Counted from the first letter of the stretch, positions 9,332-17,637 are shown. The stretch is 40,735 bases of DNA from Chloroflexota bacterium (GCA_039933375.1 JBDTOF010000116.1:1-40735), one strand, 5' to 3'. Numbers and translations are program-made. Notes: generated by a model from the letters alone, not told the origin.

Positions 9332-9333
9332 CT

Positions 9334-10344
9334 TCAGGCGAAGCGCTCCAGGTCGCCGAGCGGCACGGGCAGCGGCTGCCGCCCACCAAGACGAATGAGG
9401 CCGGCCTCAAGCACCACACCCCCGGCAAACCGATACAGCCCGGCGAGGCCGGCCCATTGCCCCTCGAGACCGGCAAGTGGACCAGCCGTCACACGGACCA
9501 ATCCACGTGGCTGGGCCGGCGCCGCAATCCGGTCGTCGTCGAAGATGAGGCAGGCCGGTTCCGGAATGATGGCCGCCATCTGGCCCTCGAGCGCCGTCAG
9601 CACGGCCATGACCGGCGTGGCGATCGGACGCCCAAGGGCACCCTCCAGGACCAGGATCGCGAACGGCGGCAGATCGTGAACGCCCGACCGGGCTCGCCGC
9701 TCGGATGCGATCACCTCACGACGTTCCTTTGCGCCCAGGCCGGCCACGATCATGCCGCGCACACCAACCGCCCGGGCCCGGGTGATCGCCTCGGCGTCGA
9801 TCGTCGCTCCAACGACCAGGATGGCTCCCGCCCCGCCAACGTCGATCTCCGACGTCCGGACGTGTCCGTCCCGAGCGGCCAGGACGTGGATCTTGCCGAC
9901 GGTCGGCCCACCGAGGGCATCGGCCCCCACGAGCGCCTGCGCCTCCATCCGAAGGCTCAATCCCGCTCCGGGCGCGACAGTGCCGATCATCCCGCTGAAT
10001 GGGGCTGTCAGCGGATCTCCGAGTTCCCCTGTGGCCACGCGCCACCGGCCACCGCTCCGAAACAGGAGCTCGCCCTGCCCGATCCGCCCGATCGCTCCGC
10101 GACGGGCAGGACGGCCGGCCCACCAGGTCCCGGGCTGCGTCTCCGACCCTCCAGGGCCACTGGCAACCTCGGTTCGGAGGTCCCTCCGGCGCTCGGCCAG
10201 TGGTGCCCCACGGACCACGGCTTCGCCAGGCGAAACGAGGGCCTGCTCACCTGGTTGCATCGAGAACCAGGCCTCGAGGCCGCGCACGGTGACCTGTCGA
10301 GGGCGGACGAGCTCGAATCCGGGCGGCAGCGTGTCGGTCGTCAT
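9334..10344 (-). CDS. hypothetical protein, possibly with a barrel-sandwich (lipoyl-like) hairpin and a C-terminal KOW-like segment
   Basis: The 336-aa ORF's ATG overlaps the stop of the upstream 547-aa gene (ATGA at 10341-10344). Its composition matches neighbouring genes. I read APFSGMIGTVAPGAGLSLRMEA as lipoyl/hybrid-barrel-like and VRVTAGPLAGLEGQWAGL as KOW-like. I recognise no characterised family. Confidence 0.7.
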   Translation of the reverse strand: MTTDTLPPGFELVRPRQVTVRGLEAWFSMQPGEQALVSPGEAVVRGAPLAERRRDLRTEVASGPGGSETQPGTWWAGRPARRGAIGRIGQGELLFRSGGRWRVATGELGDPLTAPFSGMIGTVAPGAGLSLRMEAQALVGADALGGPTVGKIHVLAARDGHVRTSEIDVGGAGAILVVGATIDAEAITRARAVGVRGMIVAGLGAKERREVIASERRARSGVHDLPPFAILVLEGALGRPIATPVMAVLTALEGQMAAIIPEPACLIFDDDRIAAPAQPRGLVRVTAGPLAGLEGQWAGLAGLYRFAGGVVLEAGLIRLGGRQPLPVPLGDLERFA

Positions 10345-11984
10345 CGTTCGTCTCGCGGCCAGGCTTGGGTGCTCCAGTCCGCCAGTCTGGTGCGTCGCCG
10401 ATCTCGTCGCTCCGGGAGGTGCAGTGGAACATCACGCAGGTCGATGACGAGGCCCGCCAATCCGCCGGTCGCGGAAACGGCGACCCGACGGGTCCGGCGC
10501 CCGAAACGGATCGTCCGGCCGAATTCAAGGCGGGCTTCTCCGGCCACTCCGGGTGGGAGATCCAGGAACGCCACCTCACCCGCGTTCAGGTCGCGCTCGA
10601 CGGTGGCGCCGACGCTCTCGAGGGACAGGTGGGCGTATGGCGTCTTTGCACGTCCACCGGTGGCCGGCTTGGCACCGGCGCCACCGGCGATGACAAGCGT
10701 CCCCAGCGGGACGAGCCCGTCACGGGCCAGGTCCGCGAGGAGCAGACGCCGTTCGGCTGGATCCTCGATCGTGCCGATTGGCCCCAGGAGCCGAGCGTGG
10801 TCGCGGACGAGCTGGGTCGTGCCGACCCGCCGAATCGTGTCCGCCACGGCAAGCGCCACGGCCTGGGGCGGGGCGGTGGCGAAGGCACCGCCGCAGACGA
10901 CGGTCAGATCGGGAGAAGCGAGCGCATCGACCTCCGGGGTCAGGCTGGCCATACGGGCCAATGCGGCGCTGGCTGCAGCCAACCTGAGGCGCGCTCCCTC
11001 TCCAGTCCCGTCGATCCACGGACGCCGCCGCAGCTCGCGGAGCCGGTCACTCATCCGGTGCCGGTCGAGGCTGCCGGTGGACCACGCCAGGACCGAGTCG
11101 ACGATCTCGTCGTCCGGCTCGACCGGGGCGAGGCCCCCGTCGGTGGAGATGACGCCACTGCTCGTTGGACCCGCGCCGCCGACGCCCGGTTCGGCCAGGA
11201 ATCGAGCGCCTCCGTGAAACCCGACATCGAGCACCTCGGTCCGGAGATCGAGCAACTCCGCCAGCGACTCGGCAGTCGCACGCAGGCCGCGACGGCCGTC
11301 ATCAGGTGCATCGATCAGTCGATCCAGCGCGACCCGGAGATCGTCGCCTGTCCCGCGTCGGCCGGCGATGATCGGGGCGGCCGTGATCCGCGCCGGATCG
11401 CCGGGCGGATCGTCGCCCAGCGCGTCGAGCCACGATCGGCGTGCCCGCAGTGCACCGGACAACAGGAGCCGCAATTCGGGACGGCGGCGCGCGGCAGCTC
11501 CAGCGAGTGCCGCGAGATCGTCGAGCGCGGCCCGTTCGTCGGCACCAGGCGGATCGCTCACGCCGATCAGGACGGCGCTCACGTCACGACGCAGGACCAG
11601 CTCGGTCATCTCGCGCGGATCGTGCGTTTCAGTGGAGGCGGTCACGACCCGCCAGCCGGTCCGGTGGGCGTGAATCGAGAGTTCATCGACTGTGCGCCGC
11701 GTGGCGCCGATGACCGCCAGGGTTTCGGGCGGCTGGCTTCGGGCCGCCAGGCGCGGCATCCCGTCGAGCGCGGTGTCGCGCAGTTCGGGGTGCTTCCCGA
11801 GCTCGGGATCCGCGTCGCGTAGTCGTCCGACCAGCACGGCCAGCAGTGCGGATTCGGGGGTCCCGGTTGGGCCGGCAAGACTGCCCATGAGCCGCCAATG
11901 CCCGGCAATGCGGACGAGCAGACTGACCGAGGTGGTGGCGCCACCAGCATCGATCACGGCGAGGGTCTCAGGTGCCCGGGTCAC
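10341..11984 (-). CDS. ASKHA-superfamily (actin/Hsp70/sugar-kinase fold) ATPase-like protein, MutL/GlmL-like; function unknown
   Basis: The 547-aa ORF starts at a GTG. Its N-terminus, LAVIDAGGATTSVSLL, matches the phosphate-1 motif (DxGxT) of ASKHA ATPases and resembles the glutamate mutase accessory protein L family. Later VLDVGFHGGARF (degenerate phosphate-2) and TVVCGGAFA (adenosine-like GG motif) support this. The assignment rests on motifs only. Confidence 0.7.
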   Translation of the reverse strand: MTRAPETLAVIDAGGATTSVSLLVRIAGHWRLMGSLAGPTGTPESALLAVLVGRLRDADPELGKHPELRDTALDGMPRLAARSQPPETLAVIGATRRTVDELSIHAHRTGWRVVTASTETHDPREMTELVLRRDVSAVLIGVSDPPGADERAALDDLAALAGAAARRRPELRLLLSGALRARRSWLDALGDDPPGDPARITAAPIIAGRRGTGDDLRVALDRLIDAPDDGRRGLRATAESLAELLDLRTEVLDVGFHGGARFLAEPGVGGAGPTSSGVISTDGGLAPVEPDDEIVDSVLAWSTGSLDRHRMSDRLRELRRRPWIDGTGEGARLRLAAASAALARMASLTPEVDALASPDLTVVCGGAFATAPPQAVALAVADTIRRVGTTQLVRDHARLLGPIGTIEDPAERRLLLADLARDGLVPLGTLVIAGGAGAKPATGGRAKTPYAHLSLESVGATVERDLNAGEVAFLDLPPGVAGEARLEFGRTIRFGRRTRRVAVSATGGLAGLVIDLRDVPLHLPERRDRRRTRLADWSTQAWPRDER

Positions 11985-12039
11985 CTTGCCATGCTACCGG
12001 CGGATGAAGAACTGGGGCGTGCCGGGTGATCCTGCGAGT

Positions 12040-12336
12040 TCACGCGTCCCAGGTGATCTCTTCGTCGAGGTCCTCGAGCCGCTCGATCAGCTGCTCGATC
12101 CCGTCCTCGTCCGCCAGGATGGCGCTGGCACCGGCCATCCCACCGCCGAAGAGACTCCGCAGCACCGGGTCGAAGAAAAGCATGGCATTGGCGCCGAGCG
12201 GCCGATACGGACGACTCGCGTGGAGGAAATGCACGGCGGAGGTGGTCATGCCGCGAAGCTGGATCTCGCGCGCAACCTCCTCGATAAGCTCGTCGCGCTG
12301 ATCGTCGGGCATCTCGCCCGGCCCGAACGTGGTCAT
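12040..12336 (-). CDS. small hypothetical protein with acidic termini and a hydrophobic core
   Basis: The 98-aa ORF's ATG overlaps the macro-domain gene stop (ATGA at 12333-12336). It has an acidic N-terminus (PDDQRDELIEEVAREI), an acidic C-terminus (IERLEDLDEEITWDA) and a hydrophobic centre. I recognise no family. Confidence 0.6.
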   Translation of the reverse strand: MTTFGPGEMPDDQRDELIEEVAREIQLRGMTTSAVHFLHASRPYRPLGANAMLFFDPVLRSLFGGGMAGASAILADEDGIEQLIERLEDLDEEITWDA

Positions 12337-12884
12337 GCTGACATCGAGGGTGTGCCGTCCCCGGGCCGGCCCGCCATGAAGGTCGTCCGGTCAAGTGCAC
12401 GCTGGAACGCCTGATAGGCGGCCGATCCGCGCAGTGCCAGGACGACCTGGACGAGGCTGCCGGGATCGACGAGTTCTTCGCGGAGCGTCCTGACCACGAC
12501 ATCGGCCGCTTCATCGAGTGGAAAGCCGCCGACACCGGTCCCGAGCGCGGGGAAGGCGATGCTCGTCGCGCCGATTTCTCTCGCGCGCGCCACGGCGCTC
12601 CTGACCGCCGCCGCGATGGCTTCGGCCGTCGTTCGGCGATCGTGATCCAGTGACACGGCATGAATGACGGCCTTCGCCGCGAGACGTCCCGCCGGCGTCA
12701 CGACCGCCGACCCAATGGCCAGTGGGCCCTGGCGGACGGCCGCAAACTCGATCTCGTCCCCACCGGCCCGCTTCAGTGCTCCGCCGACACCAGTCGACAT
12801 CCAAAGCGAGGGGCCCGCGGGGTTCACGATCGCGTCGACCTCGAGGACGCAGATATCCCCGTTCCACAGTTCCAGGCGAGTCAT
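12333..12884 (-). CDS. macro domain protein (ADP-ribose / O-acetyl-ADP-ribose binding or hydrolase, YmdB-like)
   Basis: The 183-aa ORF has GDICVLEVDAIVNPAG and SIAFPALGTGVGGFP, the two hallmark macro-domain segments. Its ATG overlaps the alr stop (ATGA). Confidence 0.85.
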   Translation of the reverse strand: MTRLELWNGDICVLEVDAIVNPAGPSLWMSTGVGGALKRAGGDEIEFAAVRQGPLAIGSAVVTPAGRLAAKAVIHAVSLDHDRRTTAEAIAAAVRSAVARAREIGATSIAFPALGTGVGGFPLDEAADVVVRTLREELVDPGSLVQVVLALRGSAAYQAFQRALDRTTFMAGRPGDGTPSMSA

Positions 12885-14098
12885 CCGTCTCCTCCGGAGA
12901 CGAGGGTGCGGGTAAGCGTCGATCCGGCCGCGGCATCGTACACCCGAGGAAGCCGCCGGGCCATGTTCGTGACGACCTCCCAGGAATTGGTGGTGCGCCG
13001 CCGCGCCAGGTCCGCGACCGTGATCTGAGCGGACCCCTGTCGTCCAATTAGGACGAATTCATCGTCGATGGTCACCGGTGGGCCGGGCACCTTCGTGACG
13101 TCGGCCATGATCGCATCCATCGCGACGGTTCCGACGAGCGGCACGCGCACGCCACGGACGAGGGCTTCGGCGGCATTCGAGAGGGACCGAGACCAGCCGT
13201 CTCCGTATCCGAGCGGCAGTGTGGCGATCCGGCTGGGCCCGGCCGTCCGGAAGGTCGGGCCGTAGCTGATCCCCCAGCCGGCTGGCAGATTCGCAACCCT
13301 GACCGGGCGCGCCTTGAGCGAGAGAACGGGCCGAAGGGCTTGCGCGTGCGGGCTCAGCGGCCGATCGGCGAGCTCGTCAGGCACGAGGCCGTAGATCGAC
13401 AGTCCAGGTCGCACCGAGTCGTAGGATGCCGCACCCTCGGTCAGGAGTGAGCCGCTCGCCCGAACGTGGCGGACCGGAATCCGAACTCCTGCCTGGCGAA
13501 GCGCGTCAGCAGCCGCGTCGAAGGCCGCGAGCTGGCGCGCCGTGATATCAGGGTCTTCCGCGGCCTGAAGGTGGGTCCACAGGCCGTCGAGACGCATGGA
13601 CCGGTTGGCTGTCACGGTTCGCGCCGCCGAGACGAGCGCGTCACCGATCATGCCGCCCCGCCCGAGTCCGGTTTCGACCTCCAGCTGAATACCGAGGCGA
13701 CGGCCCGTCCACCCTTCGAGCGCGCGGACGGTGTGATCGAGGAACTCAGGGTCGCCAGCCGGAATCGCAATCCTCCGCCGCGCCGCCTCCTGGGCCCAGG
13801 CGGACGGGATCGGGTACAGGACCTGAATGGGTCGACGGATACGGGCGCGACGAAGCTCGAGGGCTTCATCGATCGTGGCCACGCAGAACCCATCGGCACC
13901 GGCTGCTTCGAGGGCTCGAGCGATCGGTACCGCCCCGTGGCCATAGGCATCGGCCTTGACGACCGGATGAACCGGCCTGCCGGACCCGGCCAGGGCTCGA
14001 AGGGTCGCCAGGTTGCCCACCAGCGCCTCAAGATCGATGGTCAGCCAGGCCAACCGCGGCAGCTCGGCCGTCGCGGGGATCCTCAGCGCCGGGGCCAT
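12881..14098 (-). CDS. alr: alanine racemase
   Basis: The 405-aa ORF has the PLP-lysine motif HPVVKADAYGHGAV and a typical C-terminal beta domain (ATLPLGYGDGW). Confidence 0.93.
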   Translation of the reverse strand: MAPALRIPATAELPRLAWLTIDLEALVGNLATLRALAGSGRPVHPVVKADAYGHGAVPIARALEAAGADGFCVATIDEALELRRARIRRPIQVLYPIPSAWAQEAARRRIAIPAGDPEFLDHTVRALEGWTGRRLGIQLEVETGLGRGGMIGDALVSAARTVTANRSMRLDGLWTHLQAAEDPDITARQLAAFDAAADALRQAGVRIPVRHVRASGSLLTEGAASYDSVRPGLSIYGLVPDELADRPLSPHAQALRPVLSLKARPVRVANLPAGWGISYGPTFRTAGPSRIATLPLGYGDGWSRSLSNAAEALVRGVRVPLVGTVAMDAIMADVTKVPGPPVTIDDEFVLIGRQGSAQITVADLARRRTTNSWEVVTNMARRLPRVYDAAAGSTLTRTLVSGGDG

Positions 14099-15171
14099 CA
14101 GGAGGTGGGAGGCGGGGCTGTACGAACCGTGAAGCCGAGTCGTTTCCCGCCACGCTCCCGCTCAGCGATCGCCGCCAGTCGCTTCCTGGCGATCGGCAGG
14201 GCTTCCGTCAGGTCCGATGCCAGCATCCCGGCATCGCCGAGTCGTTCCCGGACGATGTCGCCAGCCGTGCCGTGGAGGTAGACACCCGCTCGGGCGGCCG
14301 CGCCCGGCGTCAGGCCCTGGGCCAGCAGCGAACCGATCACGCCGGCCAGCACGTCGCCCGTTCCCCCCGTTGCCAGTCCGGGATTCTCGAAGGGCGCGAC
14401 GGACACCCTCCCGTCCGGATCGGCGATGACCGTCCGGGCACCCTTCAGCACGACCACCTGGCCCCAGCGAGACGCTGCGTCACGGCTGGCCGCTGCCCGG
14501 TCCGCGTCGTTCGCGGCGAGATCGCCGTCGGCCGCCGGATCGATCCCGGCGTCGGCCCTGAGCCGAGCGAATTCTCCGGGATGCGGAGTCAGTACGGCCG
14601 GTCGTGTTGCGCCGGTCCACCACTCTCCGAGCGTGGCCATCGACCGGAGCGCCTCGGCGTCCAGGACGATCGGGGCCGGCGTTGCCTCACCCGAAGCTCC
14701 GATGAGCTGGCGGACGAGCTCGGTCGTCGCCAGACCCGGCCGCAGGCCGGGACCGAGAACGATCGCGTCGTGCTCGTGATCGAGGATCCTGGCCAGCGCC
14801 GGCTCCGGGTCGAGCTCTTCGACATCGTCCTCGGGAAGAGCCATGGTCGTTGCCTCGACCACCTTTGCGGCGAACAGCGGCTGCAGGGACTCGGGGATCG
14901 CGAGCGTGACGAGACCGGCGCCGGAGCGACCGGCGGCCCGGCAGACCAGCAGTGCAGCGCCCGCATAGTCGAGCGACCCGGCGATGACGAGCAACTTCCC
15001 GAAGGTCCCCTTGTGACCGCGTGGCGAACGTTCCGGCAGGAGCGCCGCGATCGTCCGGTCGTCGAGGACGGGCTGCTCGTCGCCCGCGGCGGGAGGCGCG
15101 GATTCCGCGAGGCTGGCAGCGTCGACCGGGTCGGCCGGCTGATGGCGGAATCCCAGTCGTCGCTCAGCCAT
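14098..15171 (-). CDS. nnrD: ADP-dependent NAD(P)H-hydrate dehydratase (stand-alone YjeF C-terminal domain)
   Basis: It has GHKGTFGKLLVIAGSLDYAGAALL and GGTGDVLAG motifs. No YjeF_N epimerase domain is present. Its stop overlaps the alr ATG by 1 nt (TGATG). Confidence 0.85.
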   Translation of the reverse strand: MAERRLGFRHQPADPVDAASLAESAPPAAGDEQPVLDDRTIAALLPERSPRGHKGTFGKLLVIAGSLDYAGAALLVCRAAGRSGAGLVTLAIPESLQPLFAAKVVEATTMALPEDDVEELDPEPALARILDHEHDAIVLGPGLRPGLATTELVRQLIGASGEATPAPIVLDAEALRSMATLGEWWTGATRPAVLTPHPGEFARLRADAGIDPAADGDLAANDADRAAASRDAASRWGQVVVLKGARTVIADPDGRVSVAPFENPGLATGGTGDVLAGVIGSLLAQGLTPGAAARAGVYLHGTAGDIVRERLGDAGMLASDLTEALPIARKRLAAIAERERGGKRLGFTVRTAPPPTS

Positions 15172-15724
15172 CGCCGCGCCCCTCGGCCGTCGACTCGTGC
15201 AGGGCGCGAAGGCGTTCCATGCGGGCGAGGATCTGACGCTCCCGGTCGTTCAGTCGCTCGTCGATATCCGGTGGAAAGACGTAGCGCCCGCCGGCCTGGC
15301 GGATCCCGAACGCGATCGCCACCGCGTAGTCAGCCTCATGCGAGATCGACACGGCGACCCGCTCCATACCGAGCTGTTCGGCCCGGCGCTCGGCTCGTCC
15401 GTGCAGCCGGACCGCCGGCTGGCCAGTAGGGAGCCGTTCGATCTCGATGTCACGCCAGCCGATGCCTCGGACGCCGAGCCCGAGCACCTTGCTCACGGCC
15501 TCCTTGGCGGCCCAGCGGCCGGCGAACGTTTCGGGCCGGTCGCGCACATAGCGCTGCTCCGACGGCGTCAGGACGCGATTACTGAAGCGTGGTCCGAACC
15601 TGGCCAGCGATCGACGGATGCGGTCTACCTTGATGATGTCGATGCCGAGTTCGGTGGTGCCGGCCGGTGGTCCGCCCGAAACCACGCCGTCGTCGCCAGG
15701 TGTCGCCGGAGTACCCTCGGCCAT
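15164..15724 (-). CDS. acpS: holo-[acyl-carrier-protein] synthase (4'-phosphopantetheinyl transferase), with N- and C-terminal extensions
   Basis: The core has LGIDIIKVDRIRR, LTPSEQRY and WAAKEAVSKVLG. The ORF is 186 aa, whereas AcpS is typically about 120-130 aa. Confidence 0.85.
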   Translation of the reverse strand: MAEGTPATPGDDGVVSGGPPAGTTELGIDIIKVDRIRRSLARFGPRFSNRVLTPSEQRYVRDRPETFAGRWAAKEAVSKVLGLGVRGIGWRDIEIERLPTGQPAVRLHGRAERRAEQLGMERVAVSISHEADYAVAIAFGIRQAGGRYVFPPDIDERLNDRERQILARMERLRALHESTAEGRGDG

Positions 15725-15730
15725 CGCGGC

Positions 15731-17563
15731 CTACTCGACCGTGACGGACTTCGCCAGGTTGCGTGGCTGGTCGACATCCGTGCCGCGCGCGACCGCCATG
15801 TGATAGGCGAAGAGCTGGAGCGGAATGATGGCCAGCACCGAGCCGATCGACTCGTGGGTCGCCGGCACCCAGCAGACGTCATCGGCATAGCGCTCGATCT
15901 GGGAGTCTCCCTCGGTGGCTACCGCGATGACCTTTGCATCGCGCGCTCGACCCTCCATCACGTTGCTGATCAGTTTGTCGTAGGTCGGCGACTGCGTCGC
16001 GACCGCCACCAGCGGATATTCGGCATCGAGCAGGGAGATCGGTCCGTGCTTCAGCTCACCAGCCGGATAACCCTCCGCGTGGACGTAGCTGATCTCTTTC
16101 AGCTTGAGGGCTCCTTCGAGCGCGGCGGGGTACGTCGCGCCGCGCCCGACGAACATGAAGCCGTGGGCGTTGACATACCGCCGGGCGAGGTCGTGCGCGG
16201 TTGGCGCATTCAGCTCGAGTGCCCGTTGCGCAGCCTCCGGAAGGGCGCGCAGCGCGGCTCCGATCTCCGCTTCCGCTGCGGCCGACATGGTCCCCAGCAG
16301 CCGTCCGATTGCCGCCGCGAGGACGACGAGCGTCGTGACCTGCGTGACGAAGGTCTTGGAGGCCGCGACAGCGATCTCCGGACCGGCCTGCAGGAATAGC
16401 ACGGCATCCGCCTCGCGGGTGATGGCGGACCCGACGGTATTGGTGACGGCGATGATCGGGCAGCCACGTCCTCGCGCCAGCCGCGTCGGGGCGATCGTGT
16501 CGGCGGTCTCGCCTGACTGGGTGACGGCGATGACGAGCGTCCGCGGGTCCAGCGGCGGCGGGCTGTATCGGAACTCCGAGCCGACGGTCACGCGGGCCGG
16601 GAGTCCCGTCCATGCCTCGAGTGCGGCGGCACCGACCTGCGCGGCATACGATGCCGTTCCGCAGGCCACCAGCTCGATCCGCGTGATCTCGCGCAGGCGC
16701 GCGGACATGGCCTCGATCTCCGGCACGTGGATGCGGTCGTCGCGGTCCACCCGCCCGGCCAGCGCCTGCCGCAGGGCGACGGGCTGCTCATGAATCTCCT
16801 TGAGCATGAAGTGCTCGAAGCCGCCCTTCTCGGCCACCTCGGGCGACCAGTCGATCGTCGTTTCCTGGCGGTCCACGATGGTCCCGGCGAGATCCGTGAT
16901 CACGACCGACCCCGGTCGCACATCGGCCACATCGCCTTCCTCCAGGAAGATCACGCGCTTCGTGTGGGCCAGGATCGCGGCAACGTCGCTGGCGATGAAC
17001 GACTCCTCGCCGTGGAGGCCCACGACCAGGGGCACGTTCAAGCGGGCGCCGACCAGGCGACCGCGCTCGCCGCGGTGCATCACGACGATGGCGTAAGCGC
17101 CCTCGACACGCCGGAGCGCCGCCCGCACGGCGTCGGCCAGGTCGCCGGCATAGGCCTCCTCGATCAAGTGAGCCAGCGCCTCGGTGTCGGTCTCGGAGAC
17201 GAGGACGTGCCCGCGCGCCTCGAGGCCATCCCGGAGCTCCCGGAAGTTCTCGATGATCCCGTTGTGGATGACCGTGATCTGGCCGGTGCAGTCGCCATGT
17301 GGATGGGCGTTGAGATCGTTGGGTCGACCGTGGGTGGCCCATCGCGTGTGGGCAAGGCCCATCGCAGCGTGTGGCGTCCGCTCGGCGATCGCCGTCGTCA
17401 GGTTGGCGAGCTTGCCGGCTTTCTTCTCGACGAACAAGGCCCCTTCCTCATCGACGAGGGCGATCCCGGCCGAGTCGTAGCCGCGATATTCGAGCCGGCG
17501 CAGGCCCTCGATCAGGATCGGACCGGCCTCGCGAGGTCCGGTGTAGCCGACGATGCCGCACAT
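15731..17563 (-). CDS. glmS: glutamine--fructose-6-phosphate aminotransferase (isomerising)
   Basis: The 610-aa ORF has the N-terminal nucleophile MCGIVGY, two SIS domains and the C-terminal KSVTVE. Confidence 0.96.
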   Translation of the reverse strand: MCGIVGYTGPREAGPILIEGLRRLEYRGYDSAGIALVDEEGALFVEKKAGKLANLTTAIAERTPHAAMGLAHTRWATHGRPNDLNAHPHGDCTGQITVIHNGIIENFRELRDGLEARGHVLVSETDTEALAHLIEEAYAGDLADAVRAALRRVEGAYAIVVMHRGERGRLVGARLNVPLVVGLHGEESFIASDVAAILAHTKRVIFLEEGDVADVRPGSVVITDLAGTIVDRQETTIDWSPEVAEKGGFEHFMLKEIHEQPVALRQALAGRVDRDDRIHVPEIEAMSARLREITRIELVACGTASYAAQVGAAALEAWTGLPARVTVGSEFRYSPPPLDPRTLVIAVTQSGETADTIAPTRLARGRGCPIIAVTNTVGSAITREADAVLFLQAGPEIAVAASKTFVTQVTTLVVLAAAIGRLLGTMSAAAEAEIGAALRALPEAAQRALELNAPTAHDLARRYVNAHGFMFVGRGATYPAALEGALKLKEISYVHAEGYPAGELKHGPISLLDAEYPLVAVATQSPTYDKLISNVMEGRARDAKVIAVATEGDSQIERYADDVCWVPATHESIGSVLAIIPLQLFAYHMAVARGTDVDQPRNLAKSVTVE

Positions 17564-17637
17564 CCGTGGTCAGGTCCCCTGTCTCGTTGCACCGGCTCTG
17601 CCGAGCGTTGCCTGGCTCGTTGCGATGGGCACCGAGG

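Noticed and set aside
9097-11217. A 706-aa plus-strand ORF, the longest ORF in the window, spanning the tsaE upstream region and the two hypothetical genes.
   Set aside because: It lies antisense to well-formed minus-strand genes. Its translation is Arg/Pro/Ser/Ala/Gly-rich low complexity, typical of shadow frames in GC-rich DNA. It starts at TTG and shows no recognisable motifs. The minus-strand ORFs have motif support and overlap-coupled starts.
12040-12884. A DarTG-like toxin-antitoxin pair (macro-domain antitoxin plus partner), or a mazEF-like pair downstream of alr as in Bacillus.
   Set aside because: The partner is only 98 aa, acidic/hydrophobic, and shows nothing resembling a DarT (DUF4433) ADP-ribosyltransferase or a PemK/MazF fold. 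The gene order and ATGA chaining to alr look like housekeeping co-expression. It is kept as an open question in the findings, not called as a TA system.
17564-17637. Possible glmS ribozyme/riboswitch upstream of glmS.
   Set aside because: The glmM-glmS gap is only 74 nt, far shorter than a glmS ribozyme (roughly 150 nt or more). I could not recognise its conserved core. glmS appears simply co-transcribed with glmM.
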